This document shows positions 41,972-57,711 of a DNA stretch of 64,000 nucleotides, piece by piece; the first letter of the stretch is position 1; every line of letters starts with the position of its first letter. A program made the translations under genes and the position numbers. Source of the stretch: Eledone cirrhosa. Its lineage: Eukaryota. Under the pieces are notes generated by a model. That model was not told the origin of the DNA. It searched no databases and saw only the letters and a program-made list of their open reading frames with translations. The stretch lies in assembly GCA_964016885.1 (NCBI GenBank), contig OZ024747.1, positions 44,020,001 to 44,084,000 of the forward strand. The letters run 5' to 3'.

Positions 41972-42205
41972 AAAAAAGATGAAATCGAAAATGCAACTCT
42001 CAGATGTGAAAAAAACCACAAACCCTCCATCTCAAATCTACTTTTGAAAAGCAGAAGAACTGCGAAACCGGTAAAGAAACCAAATAAATATATATTTTTA
42101 TAAAAAAAAGACTCCAGCTGCATTTTCGATTTCATCTCTTTTCCTTATACTTTCACTCGTGTAGAGCAACTCAGTTTTTTTCTCATTTTGTAAAAAAAAC
42201 CTCAC

Positions 42206-42213
<8 letters not shown>
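41740..42213. mobile_element. Two adjacent fold-back elements of one family separated by (TA)n; decayed HHR at 42041-42076
   Basis: ~40-bp inverted arms and a shared tail ending cctcactttctaa-(TA)n. CTT TTGAAAA GCAG aagaa CTGC GAAAC cg GTA AAG. Confidence 0.65.
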
Positions 42214-42263
<50 letters not shown>

Positions 42264-42410
42264 CATACTTATAATTACAAAGAGTACTTATATAGACATA
42301 GACAATATATGTCACATAAAGTTTGCATATATGTAGTGCATCTATAAATACGTACATGCATGTATGTATACTTATATCAACATATGTCTCTCCCTGTCTC
42401 TATTTCTCTC

Positions 42411-42520
<110 letters not shown>

Positions 42521-43042
42521 CTCGTGCACATTTATATTAAGAAATACACAAGAGTGCTTGCCTTTTTGTATTATGTACATATATATGTGTGTGTGTGTGT
42601 GTATGTGAATGTGTGTGTGTGTGTGTATATATTTATATACATTATATATATATACATAATATATACAAATATATCAACGGTCAGAGCAATATATGCTAAT
42701 GCCCATGTTCTAAAGGCATAGAATTAGAGAAATCTCCATATTACGTCTCTATTCCTGCTCTATTCTTCATCCCACAGGAAATAAGAAATGGTAATAGTGT
42801 AATTCTTTCTGGCAAATCCAATCTTTAAAACAAAATATGAAACAGTGTGGTGATCCCCATTGCAAATACAAACAGCATTACCATAAAATTGCACATACAC
42901 ACACATAAATGTGTGAGTATATACACACACATAAATGTGTGAGTATATACACATATATATTTAAATACAATACATATACCTGAATGTATGCATAAATATC
43001 CGTGTATATTTGTATATATATAATGAGTATATATATATATAA

Positions 43043-43285
<243 letters not shown>

Positions 43286-43608
43286 CACACATGCACTAAC
43301 TATAGAACCATTCGAAAGTAAATGTCGCCTTGGGGTAACGAGTTGAATTTCGTAGCAATAAGACTTTAAATTGAAGGTGAACTGGAAAACATTTTCTCAA
43401 ATTTCTCCCTCATCATAAATGTATCAAAATATTTATTACACCATATGTCTTGGTTCTTGTTACTGTTTAGCACTATTTCAAACTAATGTCGAACATTACT
43501 GATCATGTGAAATTTATTAAAATGTGTGACTACAATTTTGAGACGGTAGGTTTGGATTTGGGAGAGATTTGTAATATGGTTAAGACGTGTGACATGAAAG
43601 TGTGGATT

Positions 43609-44291
43609 ATAGATTTAGGAACTTGAATGACCATGTAGATTTAGGAACTTGGTTGACCATGTAGATTTAGGAACTTGGTTGACCATGTAGATTTAGGAAC
43701 TTGGTTGACAATGTAGATTTAGGAACTTGGTTGACAATGTAGATTTAGGAACTTGGTTGACCATGTAGATTTAGGAACTTGGTTGACAATGTAGATTTAG
43801 GAACTTGGTTGACCATGTAGATTTAGGAACTTGGTTGACCATGTAGATTTAGGAACTTGGTTGACAATGTAGATTTAGGAACTTGGTTGACCATGTAGAT
43901 TTAGGAACTTGGTTGACAATGTAGATTTAGGAACTTGGTTGACAATGTAGATTTAGGAACTTGGTTGACAATGTAGATTTAGGAACTTGAATGACCATGT
44001 AGATTTAGGAACTTGAATGACCTTGTAGATTTAGGAACTTGAATGACCATGTAGATTTAGGAACTTGGTTGACCATGTAGATTTAGGAACTTGGTTGACA
44101 ATGTAGATTTAGGAACTTGGTTGACAATGTAGATTTAGGAACTTGGTTGACAATGTAGATTTAGGAACTTGAATGACCATGTAGATTTAGGAACTTGAAT
44201 GACCTTGTAGATTTAGGAACTTGAATGACCATGTAGATTTAGGAACGTGAATGACCTTTTAGATTTAGGAACTTGAATGACCATGTAGATT
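43609..44291. repeat. 26-bp minisatellite, ~26 copies (ATGTAGATTTAGGAACTTGGTTGACC)
   Basis: Exact 26-bp period with GGTT/GAAT and ACC/ACA variants. Confidence 0.95.
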
Positions 44292-44500
44292 ACCTGTTGT
44301 TCGATCTATATGCAAGGTTCTTCGGCTGAATGCCAGAAATGCACCTGATTTTTTTTAAAGACATTTGCTGTACCCGATTAAATAGAAGTAAAACAGTGAA
44401 AAATGTTTCTGAAAATCGCAGATAAAAGAAACATATGCATAACTATACATGTATACAAACAAACACACATACACTTACACACACTTACACACACACACCA

Positions 44501-44532
<32 letters not shown>

Positions 44533-44540
44533 CTATATAC

Positions 44541-44626
<86 letters not shown>

Positions 44627-44654
44627 GTTGTTCCACAACAATTAGTTCACCATT

Positions 44655-44697
44655 ACCGAGAACAATTGTTTCACCTTATTCGGATTATCAGCTCGGT
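44655..44697 (-). ncRNA. Hammerhead motif with a core substitution
   Basis: ACCGAG CTGATAA tCC gaataa GGt GAAAC aatt GTT CTCGGT. Perfect 6-bp helix I; G8 replaced by A. Confidence 0.6.
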
Positions 44698-45046
44698 TTA
44701 AATAACGTTTTATGGAAAAGGAAAAACAACTGTACGAATACACATGTGCAGAAACAGTCACTTCCCAAAGGGGAAGTAAACCCATGATAGAACTATGTGG
44801 GGAGATAACTATGTATGCTCGGAATAATTATAGATTATTCATGTTATTCAGTCTAGGATATTGTAGATTGTTCATGTTAGTCAATCTGGAGCTCTGTAAT
44901 TATGTAATAGGTGTTTCCAGTCGTGTGGACAACGCAACAAACGTTATTACATAACCTTCTCAGAATATTGATTCTTTCTTCAATGCACAGCCCACAAGAC
45001 AGGTTCTCATTTTCATATGACTTAGACTTAGTAAACACACACACAT

Positions 45047-45127
<81 letters not shown>

Positions 45128-45135
<8 letters not shown>

Positions 45136-45268
45136 TAACAGATTAAAGTTTAAGCAAAGAATCACTGCTTTCACCCTTAACGGGATCTTTTGAAACTAGT
45201 TTTAGAAGATCCCGTTAAGGGTGAACGCAGCGATTCTTTGCTTAAACTTTAATTTGTTATTTTAATAA
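45128..45268. repeat. Hairpin (~68-bp arms) next to (TA)n, with a decayed HHR-like core
   Basis: Arms are reverse complements. TAGAAGA tCCC gttaa GGGt GAA(A/C). Confidence 0.7.
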
Positions 45269-45369
45269 ATACTTGCTCTACGGTTTTATATATATTTATA
45301 TATATACAGTATATATACTATCCTTATCGAGCCCTCTTCGAATTTTAGTCTTCCCGTTTTTTATTATTA

Positions 45370-45444
<75 letters not shown>

Positions 45445-45561
45445 ATAATAATAATAATATTTATAGTTATGTATATAGTATAAACTACTATAAACAGGAA
45501 GGTCAGTAATTTCCTACTACCTTATTACCAGTAAGAGAAATAGCTCAATGTAAGAACATCA

Positions 45562-45761
45562 NNNNNNNNNNNNNNNNNNNNNNNNNNNNNNNNNNNNNNN
45601 NNNNNNNNNNNNNNNNNNNNNNNNNNNNNNNNNNNNNNNNNNNNNNNNNNNNNNNNNNNNNNNNNNNNNNNNNNNNNNNNNNNNNNNNNNNNNNNNNNNN
45701 NNNNNNNNNNNNNNNNNNNNNNNNNNNNNNNNNNNNNNNNNNNNNNNNNNNNNNNNNNNNN
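45562..45761. other. Assembly gap
   Basis: 200 N. Confidence 1.
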
Positions 45762-45787
45762 ACACTGGGTAATAAAATGACGAGTAT

Positions 45788-46000
45788 CATCATCATCATC
45801 CAGTTTTTGATTATGCAGGACTCAATTATTCCCTAAGTAGGGAGGGGCCTGTCTGACAGCGCTCCTTAGCATCTTGCTCCATATGTTTCTGTTCACCGGT
45901 CTCACTTGGGCCAGGCCAAGCCTAGCTTGAGCTTGATGCCGACGGAGATCCTGCATCCAAGTCCTTTTTGGTTCCTGGGACTCTACTTCTTCCTATGATG
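45788..46000 (-). mobile_element. Possible decayed RTE-like LINE 3' end with (ATG)n tail
   Basis: GC-richer segment translating as DLRR...NRNIWSKML before (GAT)n. Weak resemblance only. Confidence 0.35.
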
Positions 46001-46899
46001 ATATTAATGTCGAGGACGTTGATGACGGCTGATGATGACGATGACGATGGTTTGTGAAAAATACGTCACTGTCAACTCTATTCTATATTTGTTAATATTT
46101 ATCTTTAATAACTGAACACTTACTACATTCGTAACAATTACCATTCATTAGATAACTTTTGAATGTTTACACGGGCCAGTAATGAAAGACATGAAATCTG
46201 TTTGTTTAATTTGTTTACTTTTATTTTTATTTTATTTTATTTTATTTTTATTTTTATTTTTATTTTATTTTATTTTATTTTATTTTATTTTATTTTATTT
46301 TATTTTATTTTATTTTAGAGGATCACCTTACTAGCCACCTCGAACTGATGAAGGCAATGGAGTTTCTTTCTTTATTTTAAATAGATGGTCATTTTAAAAA
46401 TAAAATTTAGTAAGAAAAAACATAGAAAAAGGGAAAACAAAAGGAAAGAAAGAATAGGGAAATATAGAAACAAGAGAGAAAGAAAGAAGAAAAAAAACGG
46501 GAAGGGGAGGGGATGGCAAGAGCTTTGGTGTCGCAGAAGATAGGGGGGTGAAGGCGGCGAGTGATTGGGCTTTGGGCCTAGGGCAGAAGTGTTGCGCCCA
46601 GCTGACAAGACGGCAAAAGCATGTGACACCTTCTGCAACAGTCACCCAACCTTGGATAGATGCAATTTCTGTTCTGTTTGAACTGTTCTAGAATGATATT
46701 TCTATTGAATAGAAGGGGAAAGAAATGAGAGATTTTGTGTGTTGCATTTCTGGGTAGTCGATCGAATGCTGGGCGGCCTTCCGTGCTCTGAATTTGTAAC
46801 CTACTGAGGTCAACTTTGCATTTTAAGGAGGAATAAAAAAAATTACGTCTCCAATAATGGGGCGATTTTCTCTCTTTCTCTCTCTCTCTCTATCTCTCT

Positions 46900-46938
<39 letters not shown>

Positions 46939-47952
46939 GTCTTCTTTGAAAGAAATCGGCTGTGTTCAGACCTGGACATGGGTTGGTCTCCGCCAAGTAT
47001 TAAAAGATGATCAAGGCGCGCAGTATGCCCCGGCGTCCCTCATAAAACTTCACCAGAAGTGTCTATACAAACAGACATACATTCCTGGATAGGAAATGAT
47101 TGGACAAACCAGTTTTAATTGTTATCATAATTGAATCACATTCCATCCTAATTGAGCCGACATATGTACAAAAGTACATTCCAGCAACAACAAAAAATTT
47201 TTAGGAAAAGACTCCACATTTCAGAGAAAAATCTGCGTTCTTTCAAAAGTTACGCAAAAAAATCACACGACGGGGTGGAGCTTTGAGAGCCCCCTATCCC
47301 CAGGCATAATATGGTTAATGATGGATATGGCAATTGCAAACACAAGTTATAATATTAAGATTGAAATATTGCTCACAGTAGCTTCATGATGTCGCCTCCT
47401 CCACCTGCTCCTCATCACCATCCTCCTTCTCATCTACCTCAACCTCATATTCCTATTCCTAATACTAATACTAATACTACTAATACTACTGCTACTACTA
47501 ATACTACAACTAAAACGAACGCCATTACTGCTACAACTGTCACCACTATGGCTAATAGTATGTTAAATAGACAGGAAATATTTGACCAAGTAGTCTTTGA
47601 TATAGAAAAATACAAGATGTTCATGGCTGGAGTGTCTTTGATCTTGTCAACTCAATCAGTTCTGAAATGGCATAAAAGAACAACAACAGCAACAACAACA
47701 ACAACAAAAACAACGACAACAACAACAACAACAACAACAACAATAATAATAATTGTTTCTACTTTTCGCACAAGGCCACCAATTATCCCAGTGCATTACT
47801 GGTACTTAATTTTTTCGATCCCGTAAGGATGAAAGGCAAAGTTAACCTCGACGGGATTAATAGTAATAATAATAGTTGTTTCTACTTTTTGGAACAAGGC
47901 CAGCAATTACCCAGTGCATTACTTAATAATAACAACAACAATGATAATAACC

Positions 47953-47983
<31 letters not shown>

Positions 47984-47986
47984 CTA

Positions 47987-48017
<31 letters not shown>

Positions 48018-48021
48018 AATA

Positions 48022-48762
48022 ACAGAAGGAATGTTAATGGCTGCGCAGGAGCAGGCCCTCAAAACGAAGTGGTTGAAACACAACATTTACAAGGAGGAGG
48101 CTAGCCCACTGTGCAGGATCTGTGGAGAGAGAGAGGAGACTGTGGCTCACATTGTGTCCGAGTGTAAACACCTAGCCCAGACCCACTATAAGGGCTGGAG
48201 ACACGATGTGATGGGCAGGGTGATCCACTGGCACCTGTGCAAAGTAAACAATCTACCACATTCTGAGAAATGGTATGAGCATAAGCCAGAGGCGGTGATA
48301 GAAAACGATCAGGTGAAGGTGCTGTGGGATTTTAGGATACAGACGGACAAGAAACTGGAACACAATAGACCTGACCTGGTGGTTTGGGACAAAGAAAAAA
48401 GATCGTGCCTGATTGTGGATGTGGCCTGCCCATTCGACACGAGAGTGCAAGAGAAGGAGAGGGAGAAAATTAACCGATACCAGGACTTAAAGTGGGAGGT
48501 AAAAAGGATTTGGAACTGCCATGAAGTCAAAGTGATCCCGATTGTCATAGGCGCACTAGGGACTATCTCAGAAAGTTTCCAGGGATGGTTAAAGAAAATT
48601 GGCCCCTTCACGCTTTTTGGAACGCTTCAAAATGCATGCTTGCTGGGAACAGCAAGAACCCTCCGATACGTCCTGAATATCTGAGGCTGCAGGTAGTGGC
48701 TTGATATTCATTTCAACAAACTTTCCAGTTAACTAACATCAATGACTGAGACTCAAAGAGTA
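48022..48762 (+). mobile_element. R4/Dong-type non-LTR element, 5'-truncated: CCHC finger plus restriction-like endonuclease (open to stop at 48684)
   Basis: AAQEQAL, CRICGEREETVAHIVSEC, RHD, LWDFRIQTD, RPDLVV, DVACP, EKINRY, VIGALG, LLGTARTLR. Flanked on both sides by (AAT)n. Confidence 0.88.
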
Positions 48763-48771
48763 ATAACAATG

Positions 48772-48834
<63 letters not shown>

Positions 48835-49076
48835 TTTTCTTTATTAACCACAAGGGTTCACATAAAGTAGACATTAAGGACAGTACAGGACAATACAGGA
48901 CGGTACAAATGGGCATTTCTGCGTGTAAAAAAACAGAGGTTGAAATAAAAAAACAAAGAAAAATTCCCCAATAGGGGGGAGACTTCCAAGGGACATTTGT
49001 GGAGAAAGCCCATTAAAAGACCACAGTGGCCCTGACCACCAGGGCAAGTGCCCTCTCCCAGTTTTCCACTTTTAAT

Positions 49077-52000
49077 TTACAGACACATACTCAGAGAAGG
49101 CCCATTCATTCGGGCCATACTTGCTTCTCTCACCCATCTTTCAACAAAATGCTGGGAAGAGAGCACTTCCCTCTCTACCCTGATTTTCCTTTTCAAATGA
49201 AATTTGAAAAAGTTAATCAGGGCATCACCGAAGAGGTAAGTGCTCGTCTTCAGCCCTTTCAAACGTGTCCACCATACTATCTCTTTCGCCATGGCCACCA
49301 GACAGATAAAAACTGCCTGCCCTTCCAGGCTAAAGGAAGGGGGCGGGGCAATCCTCACGATGGACTCAGCTGATAGCTGGATCCGTCCTACACGTGACAG
49401 CAGGTGTTCGACATAAACCCACAAGTCAGCAATGCTCGGACACTGGACGAGTGCGTGCAGGACGGTTTCGTCGCCCTGCGCGCATCTCGGACATGCCCGG
49501 CTGACGGCACCTCCATGCCTGTAGAGTTTATCCCGAACTGGCAAAGCTCCTCGGTAGCACTGCCAGGCCAGGGATTTCTGGAAGTTGTCCATAGGCCCCG
49601 GCCCGAAAGTCCTTCCGAAGAGATTGGCTGGTTGATTTTCGTCGACGCCTAGAGTTTCTCCAAGTACGTCGTCGCTCTTCCCCTCCACTAATCCCCTATA
49701 GAACGCCAAGGTGGAGTTTCCACCGATCACATTGCCCGATTGGTCGAGGGCTGTGAGCGCCTGAAGACATTCCAGTCTCCAAGCGCTCCCTCTCGGTCTT
49801 CGCTTGACCCAGGACTGCAGCTCCGTTAAGGAGACGAGCTGGGGAAAAACGTGTCTTGCAAACGGCGACCACACCTGATCACCGTCGAGGAAGAGGTGGA
49901 GATGTCGTAGCCTGAGCGCGTGCATCATCAGCCACGGCATGCCCAGCCCTCCACGTAGCGGGTGTTGACAGCAGATGGACCGCCTGACCATCGGAGCGCG
50001 TCCCTTCCACAAGAAGCGAAAGAGCAAACGCTCCAGCGCAGTCAGGCGGGGCTTAGGACAAGGTACGACGGTCAGGCGGTAGTAGAGGACGGATGCGATG
50101 TACGCATTCGCCACCTCCGCTCGACCTTTCAGGGATAGCTTCCTCTCGGCCCATTTCTGGGTGAGAGAAGCCACCCTGCTCGTCACCTCGTCCCAGTTTT
50201 TGTCCGCCTGGAGGTCTGGACCGAACCAGACCCCTAGCAATTTAACCGGTCCGTCCGTCCAGCGCCCGACGACGCTGTTGGACGGCATGGACCTGCCTCT
50301 CCAGGTGCCGAGCTGCAGGCCCACTGACTTTTCCTGGTTGATCATTGCTCCTGTCACCGCTTCGTATTCTCTTAGTGTAGTGCCGATCGCCTCGATGTGT
50401 TTGGCGTTCGACACCACTACGGTGACATCGTCGGCATATGCTGACACGGATCTTCCGCATCCTAGTTCGCGCGGGACCCCCCTCAACGTCTCCAGTTTGT
50501 GCAGTAATGGCTCGAGAGTCAATACGTACAATAGGGACGAGAGGGGACATCCTTGGCGGACCGAGCGCATGATGTTGAACGGTTCCGAAAGGTGACCGTT
50601 CACTCTCACTACAGAGCAGATGTCGCTGTGCGTGGCAGCGATCCAGCCTCTGAAGACGGGCCCAAAGCCAGCCGCCCTCAGGACTGCCGTTAGGTAACGA
50701 TGGTCGACCCTATCGAAGGCTTTCGACTGATCTAAATTGATCAAAGACCCACCCGTGCCAGGTTCCCTAGTTACGATGTATCGCATGAGGTGGAGTTGTC
50801 GTGGATGGATCTGTCGGGAATGGCGCATGTCTGTGCCTCTCCCACCAGACCACCAACGACAAGCGCCAACCTCTTTGCTAGCACCTTGGCCAAAATCTTG
50901 AACTCTGTGTTTAGCAGAGTTATGGGCCTAAAATTATCTATGTTATCCCCCTTGTTCGGATCCTTTCTCAGCAGCGCCACCGCTCCTCGGCTCACAGAGC
51001 TGGGAATTCTCCCGTTCCGTTGCCAGTTGCAGTAGACGTCCGCCAAGAGGCCTCCGAACAAGTTTGGCATTTGTACGTAAAGTTCATAGGGCAGACCATC
51101 CAAACCAGGCGATTTACCCCTTGTGCAACTAGTCATTGCATCCCGTACTTCAGCGGTTGTTATCGGCTTTTCGCAACACTCCGCCTCAGTGGCCGAAAGC
51201 CGCGGCAGTCCGTCGAGGTAGACACTAAAGTCCATCCCTCGATCCGGCCCGCCACTGCCCCCGAACAGTTGAGCGAAGTGTCGCTGAAAAGCTTCACACA
51301 TTTGCCCGGGATCGAGTAGTATGCGCCCGTCGTGGTCCACCAAAGACCGGATCGTGGCTTTGTTGCCACGACGCGCCTCCACCACTCGGGCCCATTGAAC
51401 GGCTTTCGTCCCCTCGTGTCTGAGAGCACGCACCCTAGCTCTGACAACGCAGCCTTCGTGCTTTGCATTGAAGAATTGGTCAAGGGCCAATTTCGCCGCA
51501 AGTACGTCGGTTGCGATGCCTTTGCTAAGCGCCTCATCTAATTTTCTAACTAATTCTCCCTCTGCTCTATTTTTCTCTATTGCTAAAGTCTTACTAAACC
51601 TAATGGACTCTATTCTAATTGCTCTTTTCAGAGCAAACCACCACTTGTTGTTGACGATGGCTCCCGTCAACGCCCGCATAACTAGTTCGCTAATCCGGTC
51701 TCTGTAGGCCTTGCGCGCTGGTAAGGACGCGTTTAACTTCCAGTAGCCGGGTCCTCGTCTATGAAGCCTATCTAAGTCAAGCACACAGATCACGAATTTG
51801 TGGTCCGTGTAGCTGACTATCTTGAATTGTGGACAGCTATGCTAGACCTATCTATTTCCCTACAAAATACTCTATCTAGATATGATCTGGATGACCCTAT
51901 GCGATTTGTCCAAGTCCACATTGGTACATTCGGGAAATCTAATCGGTACCTGTCAGACAGTTCAAAACGCCTGAGCAGGTTGGTGAGACTCTTGCACCCT

Positions 52001-52480
52001 CCTTCCCTATCAACTAATCCCACACAATCCCAGCGTGCATCTAAGATCCCGTTCCAGTCGCCCACTAACACTAAAGAGCGGGACGTTCCAAGAAAGGTCT
52101 CCAGACGCCGGAAGAAATCAGGCCGCCCTGCTCCTGTCGGGGCATAGACGGCCACTAACCTGAAAGCTTGCCCGTCTCCGCTGGTCACGTCCAGCACCAC
52201 CAACTTACCTTCTGGGTCCAGGAAGATGGCCCGTATGGCAAGATCCAAACCTCTCCGAAAAAGCACAGCAACTCCTCCCCCCCGATCCCGGACGGCTGGG
52301 AGATGCGTACACATCGTAGCCGCCGAAGATCGGTGCGAAAGCCTGTGCTTCGGAGATTCTGGTCTCGCTGATGGCCACTACATCTATGTTTAGTGACCTG
52401 AGGTCGTTGAGCAGGTGGCCCTGCTTCCATGACGACCCCAAGCCACGCGCATTTATGCTGCCTATTCTGAGTGAGGTCAT
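49077..52480 (-). pseudogene. Tx1/L1-type ORF2 (APE endonuclease, RT, C-terminal zinc finger), about 3 frameshifts
   Basis: SINARGL, ISETR, VYAP, GDWN, YLDRVF, WKLN, KSPGLDG, FRPITLLNTEFKIL, LDQSKAFDRV, VRQGCPLS, YADD, CPRC..ETVLHALVQC. Confidence 0.92.
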
Positions 52481-52590
52481 GTTGAAAAGGAGTGGAAAAG
52501 ATGGGAAAGACCACTTACCTTACTTCTCGTAGGGGAAGGACGGCTTTTCCATCCTTTTCACTGCTTGTGGCCTCCTCAGGAAGGATGTCC

Positions 52591-54521
52591 TTATAAATCC
52601 TCCTGGAGAGTGCTTGTCGGAAGTCTCCGATGTCTTTGGGGAATTTTTGTTTTAGTGTCATGTACGTTTTCTGTGTGATGCGAGTGATTTGTATGTGTGG
52701 AGGTGGTGTGAATTTTGGGGTTGTTGTGTAGTCTTTTTTTTGTGATGCTGGTGTTGTGTTGGATGTAGTGTAATAATTGCTTGTTGTTCAAATTTAATGC
52801 TGTGTAGTGTGTATCGTTTTGGTTGTTTTGTTTTGTTTGCGTTTGTTGTGGGTTTGTTTCTGTTTCGCATTTTGGTGACTTTTGTGGTGTAGGTGATGGT
52901 GGTGCTGGGGATAATGATGGTGATGGTGTTGGTGTTTGGGTTGATGGGGTTGGTGATGCTGGTGTGGATGGTGGCATATCTGTCCTAACTTTTTTGTTTC
53001 TTAGTTTATTTGTTTCCCTCTGTATTTTGTTTTTGGAGGGGGAAGGAAGAGAATTTTTTCTTTTTTGGTTTCTTTTTTTTTTTTCGGATATCGTTTCCCA
53101 CTCCTCGTCGTCACAATCTGTCTCCAGTTGTGATAGGCCGGGGAGTGGAAAATCCTCCACAGCCGTTAGTTTTGGTTGTGGTGTGGTGGATGGTGTAGGC
53201 GCTGGTGCTAGTTCTGAAGCGTTGGGTGGTGGTGGTGTTGGTTTTGCTAGTGGTGGTAGTGGTGTTGGTTTTGCTACTGTTGCTGGGGTTGTTGCTGTTA
53301 TAGTTGCTTCTGTTGTTGCTGCTACAGTTGTTGCTGCCATCTCTGCTACTGGTGGTGTTGATGGTTGTGTCACTGGGGTGGGTAGGAGAGGTGGCCTCAA
53401 CCTTTTAGCCTGAGGGCAGAAAGCCCTTAGGTGGGTTCCTTCACCACAAACGACACACCTAGGTCTTCTGCCCTCGACAATTACCGTGAGGTGGCTGCCG
53501 TGAGGTCTATTACCTCTGGGATCTCCTCAATGCTTTTTTGGTCCGCTTTGATCAGGAGCTCCATCCCAGATCCGGACCAGTTTTCCTGCTTTTCTTTTGC
53601 TATTGCTATTATTTTCGTGTTGGCTTCGATGCCGGCGAGGACAGCCGCTATTAGCCAGGGAATTTCGATGGCCGGTGGAACGTGGGTCACCCTGATCTTT
53701 ACGAGTCTCTGGCCACAATAGCTTGGGACGAGTGTGAAGTCGTCACTTTTTAATGGGGCCATGGAGTGTTCTCTAGCCTCCTCTTGTGTTTCAAAGAACA
53801 CATCCACGGTTCCATACTTTTGCCCACGTCTGATGTGGGTTTTTCTTGCCCACACATGTCCCAAAGCTTTTGGGATTTGGGACTCGGATGCCCGTTCCAC
53901 TCGGCGCGATTTTACATTTATTGTTCTATACGACACGGTGCATAGGCGCCGATGCTCCATTTTATTAGGTGGGGGGTGAGGCTGACCCTGTACCCATCTT
54001 TCTTTACCATTTGTTTGGCATTTTCTAAATCTTCCTGAGTTACCGTGAATGCTTCGAATTGTTTTGCTACTCTGGCGCAACTGAGGGGGGGGGTTTATAA
54101 TGTCATTGTTGTTGTTGTTGCTATCGTTATTTGTGTTAATATTAATTTTAGTTTCAGTTGTGGTGGTGGTGACGTCAGTCGTCTTTGGTGCGGAAGAGTC
54201 CATTTTGCTTGATTTCATTTCGACATCACGAGTTAATTTATTTTTTTCTTCTTTTGTTTCTGTTGTCGCGGTGGTGGTGGGGGTGGTGGTTGTCGCGGTG
54301 GTGGTGGTGGTGGTGGTGGTGGTGGTGGAGGCTTTAACACCTGCAGTCATTGGTAATGGCGGGAAATGAATGTCTGCCTGAGACAAATTTAAAATATTGC
54401 TACTGCTTATATTTTTTTTTGTGTTGGCAAACGTAGTAACATTTACAATGGTGGTGTCGGTGTGAGGTGTTAATTTGTGAGGAAGGCTTTCAGCTGCTTG
54501 TTGCAGAGGTGAATTAGCCAT
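52591..54521 (-). pseudogene. Tx1/L1-type ORF1, frameshifted, with gag-like zinc knuckle
   Basis: CVVCGEGTHLRAFC (CX2CX4HX4C) at ~53416-53457 lies between the two reported ORFs. Thr/Pro-rich low-complexity flanks. Confidence 0.75.
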
Positions 54522-54730
54522 TTTTTTTTCAAAGAAATTTTTTGATAATAATAAAAGTTAAAATTTTGGGCACAAGGCCCCAATCTTTTTGGGTGTCCTT
54601 TTCGGAAAACAATGTATGTGTTTTTATAAACAGTTAACAATAAAATTTTCCATAAATGGTAATTTTTAACAAACGGAAATAACAAACCTTTGCGGAGCTC
54701 ACGATGATACGATTTACTACGTAGGTCGCC

Positions 54731-54763
<33 letters not shown>

Positions 54764-54764
54764 A

Positions 54765-55645
54765 ATAGGCCAGGGATTTTTGGAAGTTATCCATAAGCCC
54801 TGGGCGGAAAGTTCTCCGGAAGAGATCAAGCAGCTGATCTTCTTCGACGCCCAGGATCTCACCGAGAACGTCGCCGCTCTTCCCCTCCACTAGTCCTCTA
54901 TAGAACGCAGAGGTGGATGTTCCACCGATACTGGTGCCCAGCTGGCAGAGGGCAGTGAGCGCCTGGAGACATTCCAGTTTCCAAGCGCTATCCCTCGGTC
55001 TTTTTCTGACCCAGGACTGCAGCTCCGTCAAGGAGACGAGCTGTGGGAAAACGTGCCTGGCGAACGGCGACCACACCTGTTCACCGTCAAGGAAGCACCA
55101 TAGATGTCGCAGCCTCAGCGCATGTTTGCGCATCATCAGCCATGGCATGCCCAGTCCTCCACGCAACGGGTGTTGACAGCAGATGGATCGTTTGACCATG
55201 GGAGCGCGTCCCTTCCACAAAAAGCGGAAGAGGAGGCGCTCCATTTTGGTGAGAGTTGGGCCGGGCAAGGGACAACAGTGAGGCGGTAGCAGATGACGGA
55301 TGCGATGTACGCATTCGCCACCTCCGCCCGGCCTTTCAAGAACGGCTTCCTCTCGGCCCATTTCTGGGTGAGGGAGGCCACCTTGCTCGTCACCTCGTTC
55401 CAGTTTTTCTCCATCTGGAGGTCCGATCCGAACCAGACCCCGAGCAATTTAACCGGTCCGTCCGTCCAACGTTCCACGACGCTGTCGGACGGCATGTACT
55501 TGCCTCTCCAGGTGCCGAGCTGCAAGCCCACCGACTTTTCCTGGTTTTTCTTTGCTCCTGTCACCGCTTCGTATTCCTTGAGAGCGGTGCCGAGCATCTG
55601 GACGTGTCTGATGCTCGACACCACTACGGTGACGTCGTCGAAGGC
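54765..55645 (-). pseudogene. Second, diverged Tx1/L1-type ORF2 internal fragment
   Basis: Clear paralogue of ~49565-50435 (DDVTVVVS, NQEKSVGLQLG, LLGVWFG, GGLGMPW, DNFQKSLA). Confidence 0.88.
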
Positions 55646-55654
55646 CAGCATTTA

Positions 55655-56760
<1,106 letters not shown>

Positions 56761-57143
56761 GATGTTTTTTTTTAAAGTTAAAATAAATTGATGGGTCGTT
56801 ACGGTGAGGCACTTAAAGGGTCATAAAGGGACATTATGATAAATTATATAGGGGGCTGTTAAGTTAAGGAACTTAAAGGACAGTGTATTCTGAATGTACA
56901 AGTGAGTTCAATGTACTTTAGTATCTACACACTAACGTGGTGGACGCGGTGAGTGTTCCATTATTTACTAAAAACACCAGCTGTCACTAACATTCCAGTT
57001 ATTCGTTATTTATTTTTTAACACAACATATAAAGATCGTATTAAATATATATTTTACTTAGAATATCAGTAGCATGAAAAAGTAATATCTAATAAATATT
57101 TGTATGCATGTGTGTATGTGTGTATATATATATATGTGTGTGT

Positions 57144-57196
<53 letters not shown>

Positions 57197-57270
57197 TATG
57201 TGTGTTTGTTTGTGCGTATATATATATATATATACACACAAATACAGACACATCCACACACTCCACACAC

Positions 57271-57378
<108 letters not shown>

Positions 57379-57619
57379 TACAATAAAATAGTAGTTATAA
57401 TAAAATATATAAACTTAAGATAAATATATTAAATTTATTTGTACAAGACAAAAAAACAGTCAACATATGAAATATTCATGTTTTAATCAGTTTTTGTTTT
57501 TTTTTTCATATTTTTGATAAGCTTATTAGATTGTCTCCCTTCCTTCGGTTTTCAAATTCAAATGGTGGAGACTTATGGATGTCATTGTGTTTTTGGACGT
57601 ATTTTAAACCTAGTGAAGA

Positions 57620-57711
<92 letters not shown>

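Larger units (their letters stand above)
48834..54730 (-). mobile_element. Near full-length Tx1/L1-type LINE
   Basis: ORF1 plus APE-RT-CCHC ORF2, AATAAA then an (ATT)n tail at the 3' end. The 5' boundary is uncertain (54521-54730). Confidence 0.88.

Noticed and set aside
43609-44291. CRISPR-like or telomeric array (contains TTAGG)
   Set aside because: No unique spacers, eukaryotic context, and TTAGG is only part of a 26-bp unit.
50098-54369. Plus-strand ORFs overlapping the Tx1/L1 element
   Set aside because: Antisense shadows of GC-rich coding sequence with no recognisable motifs.
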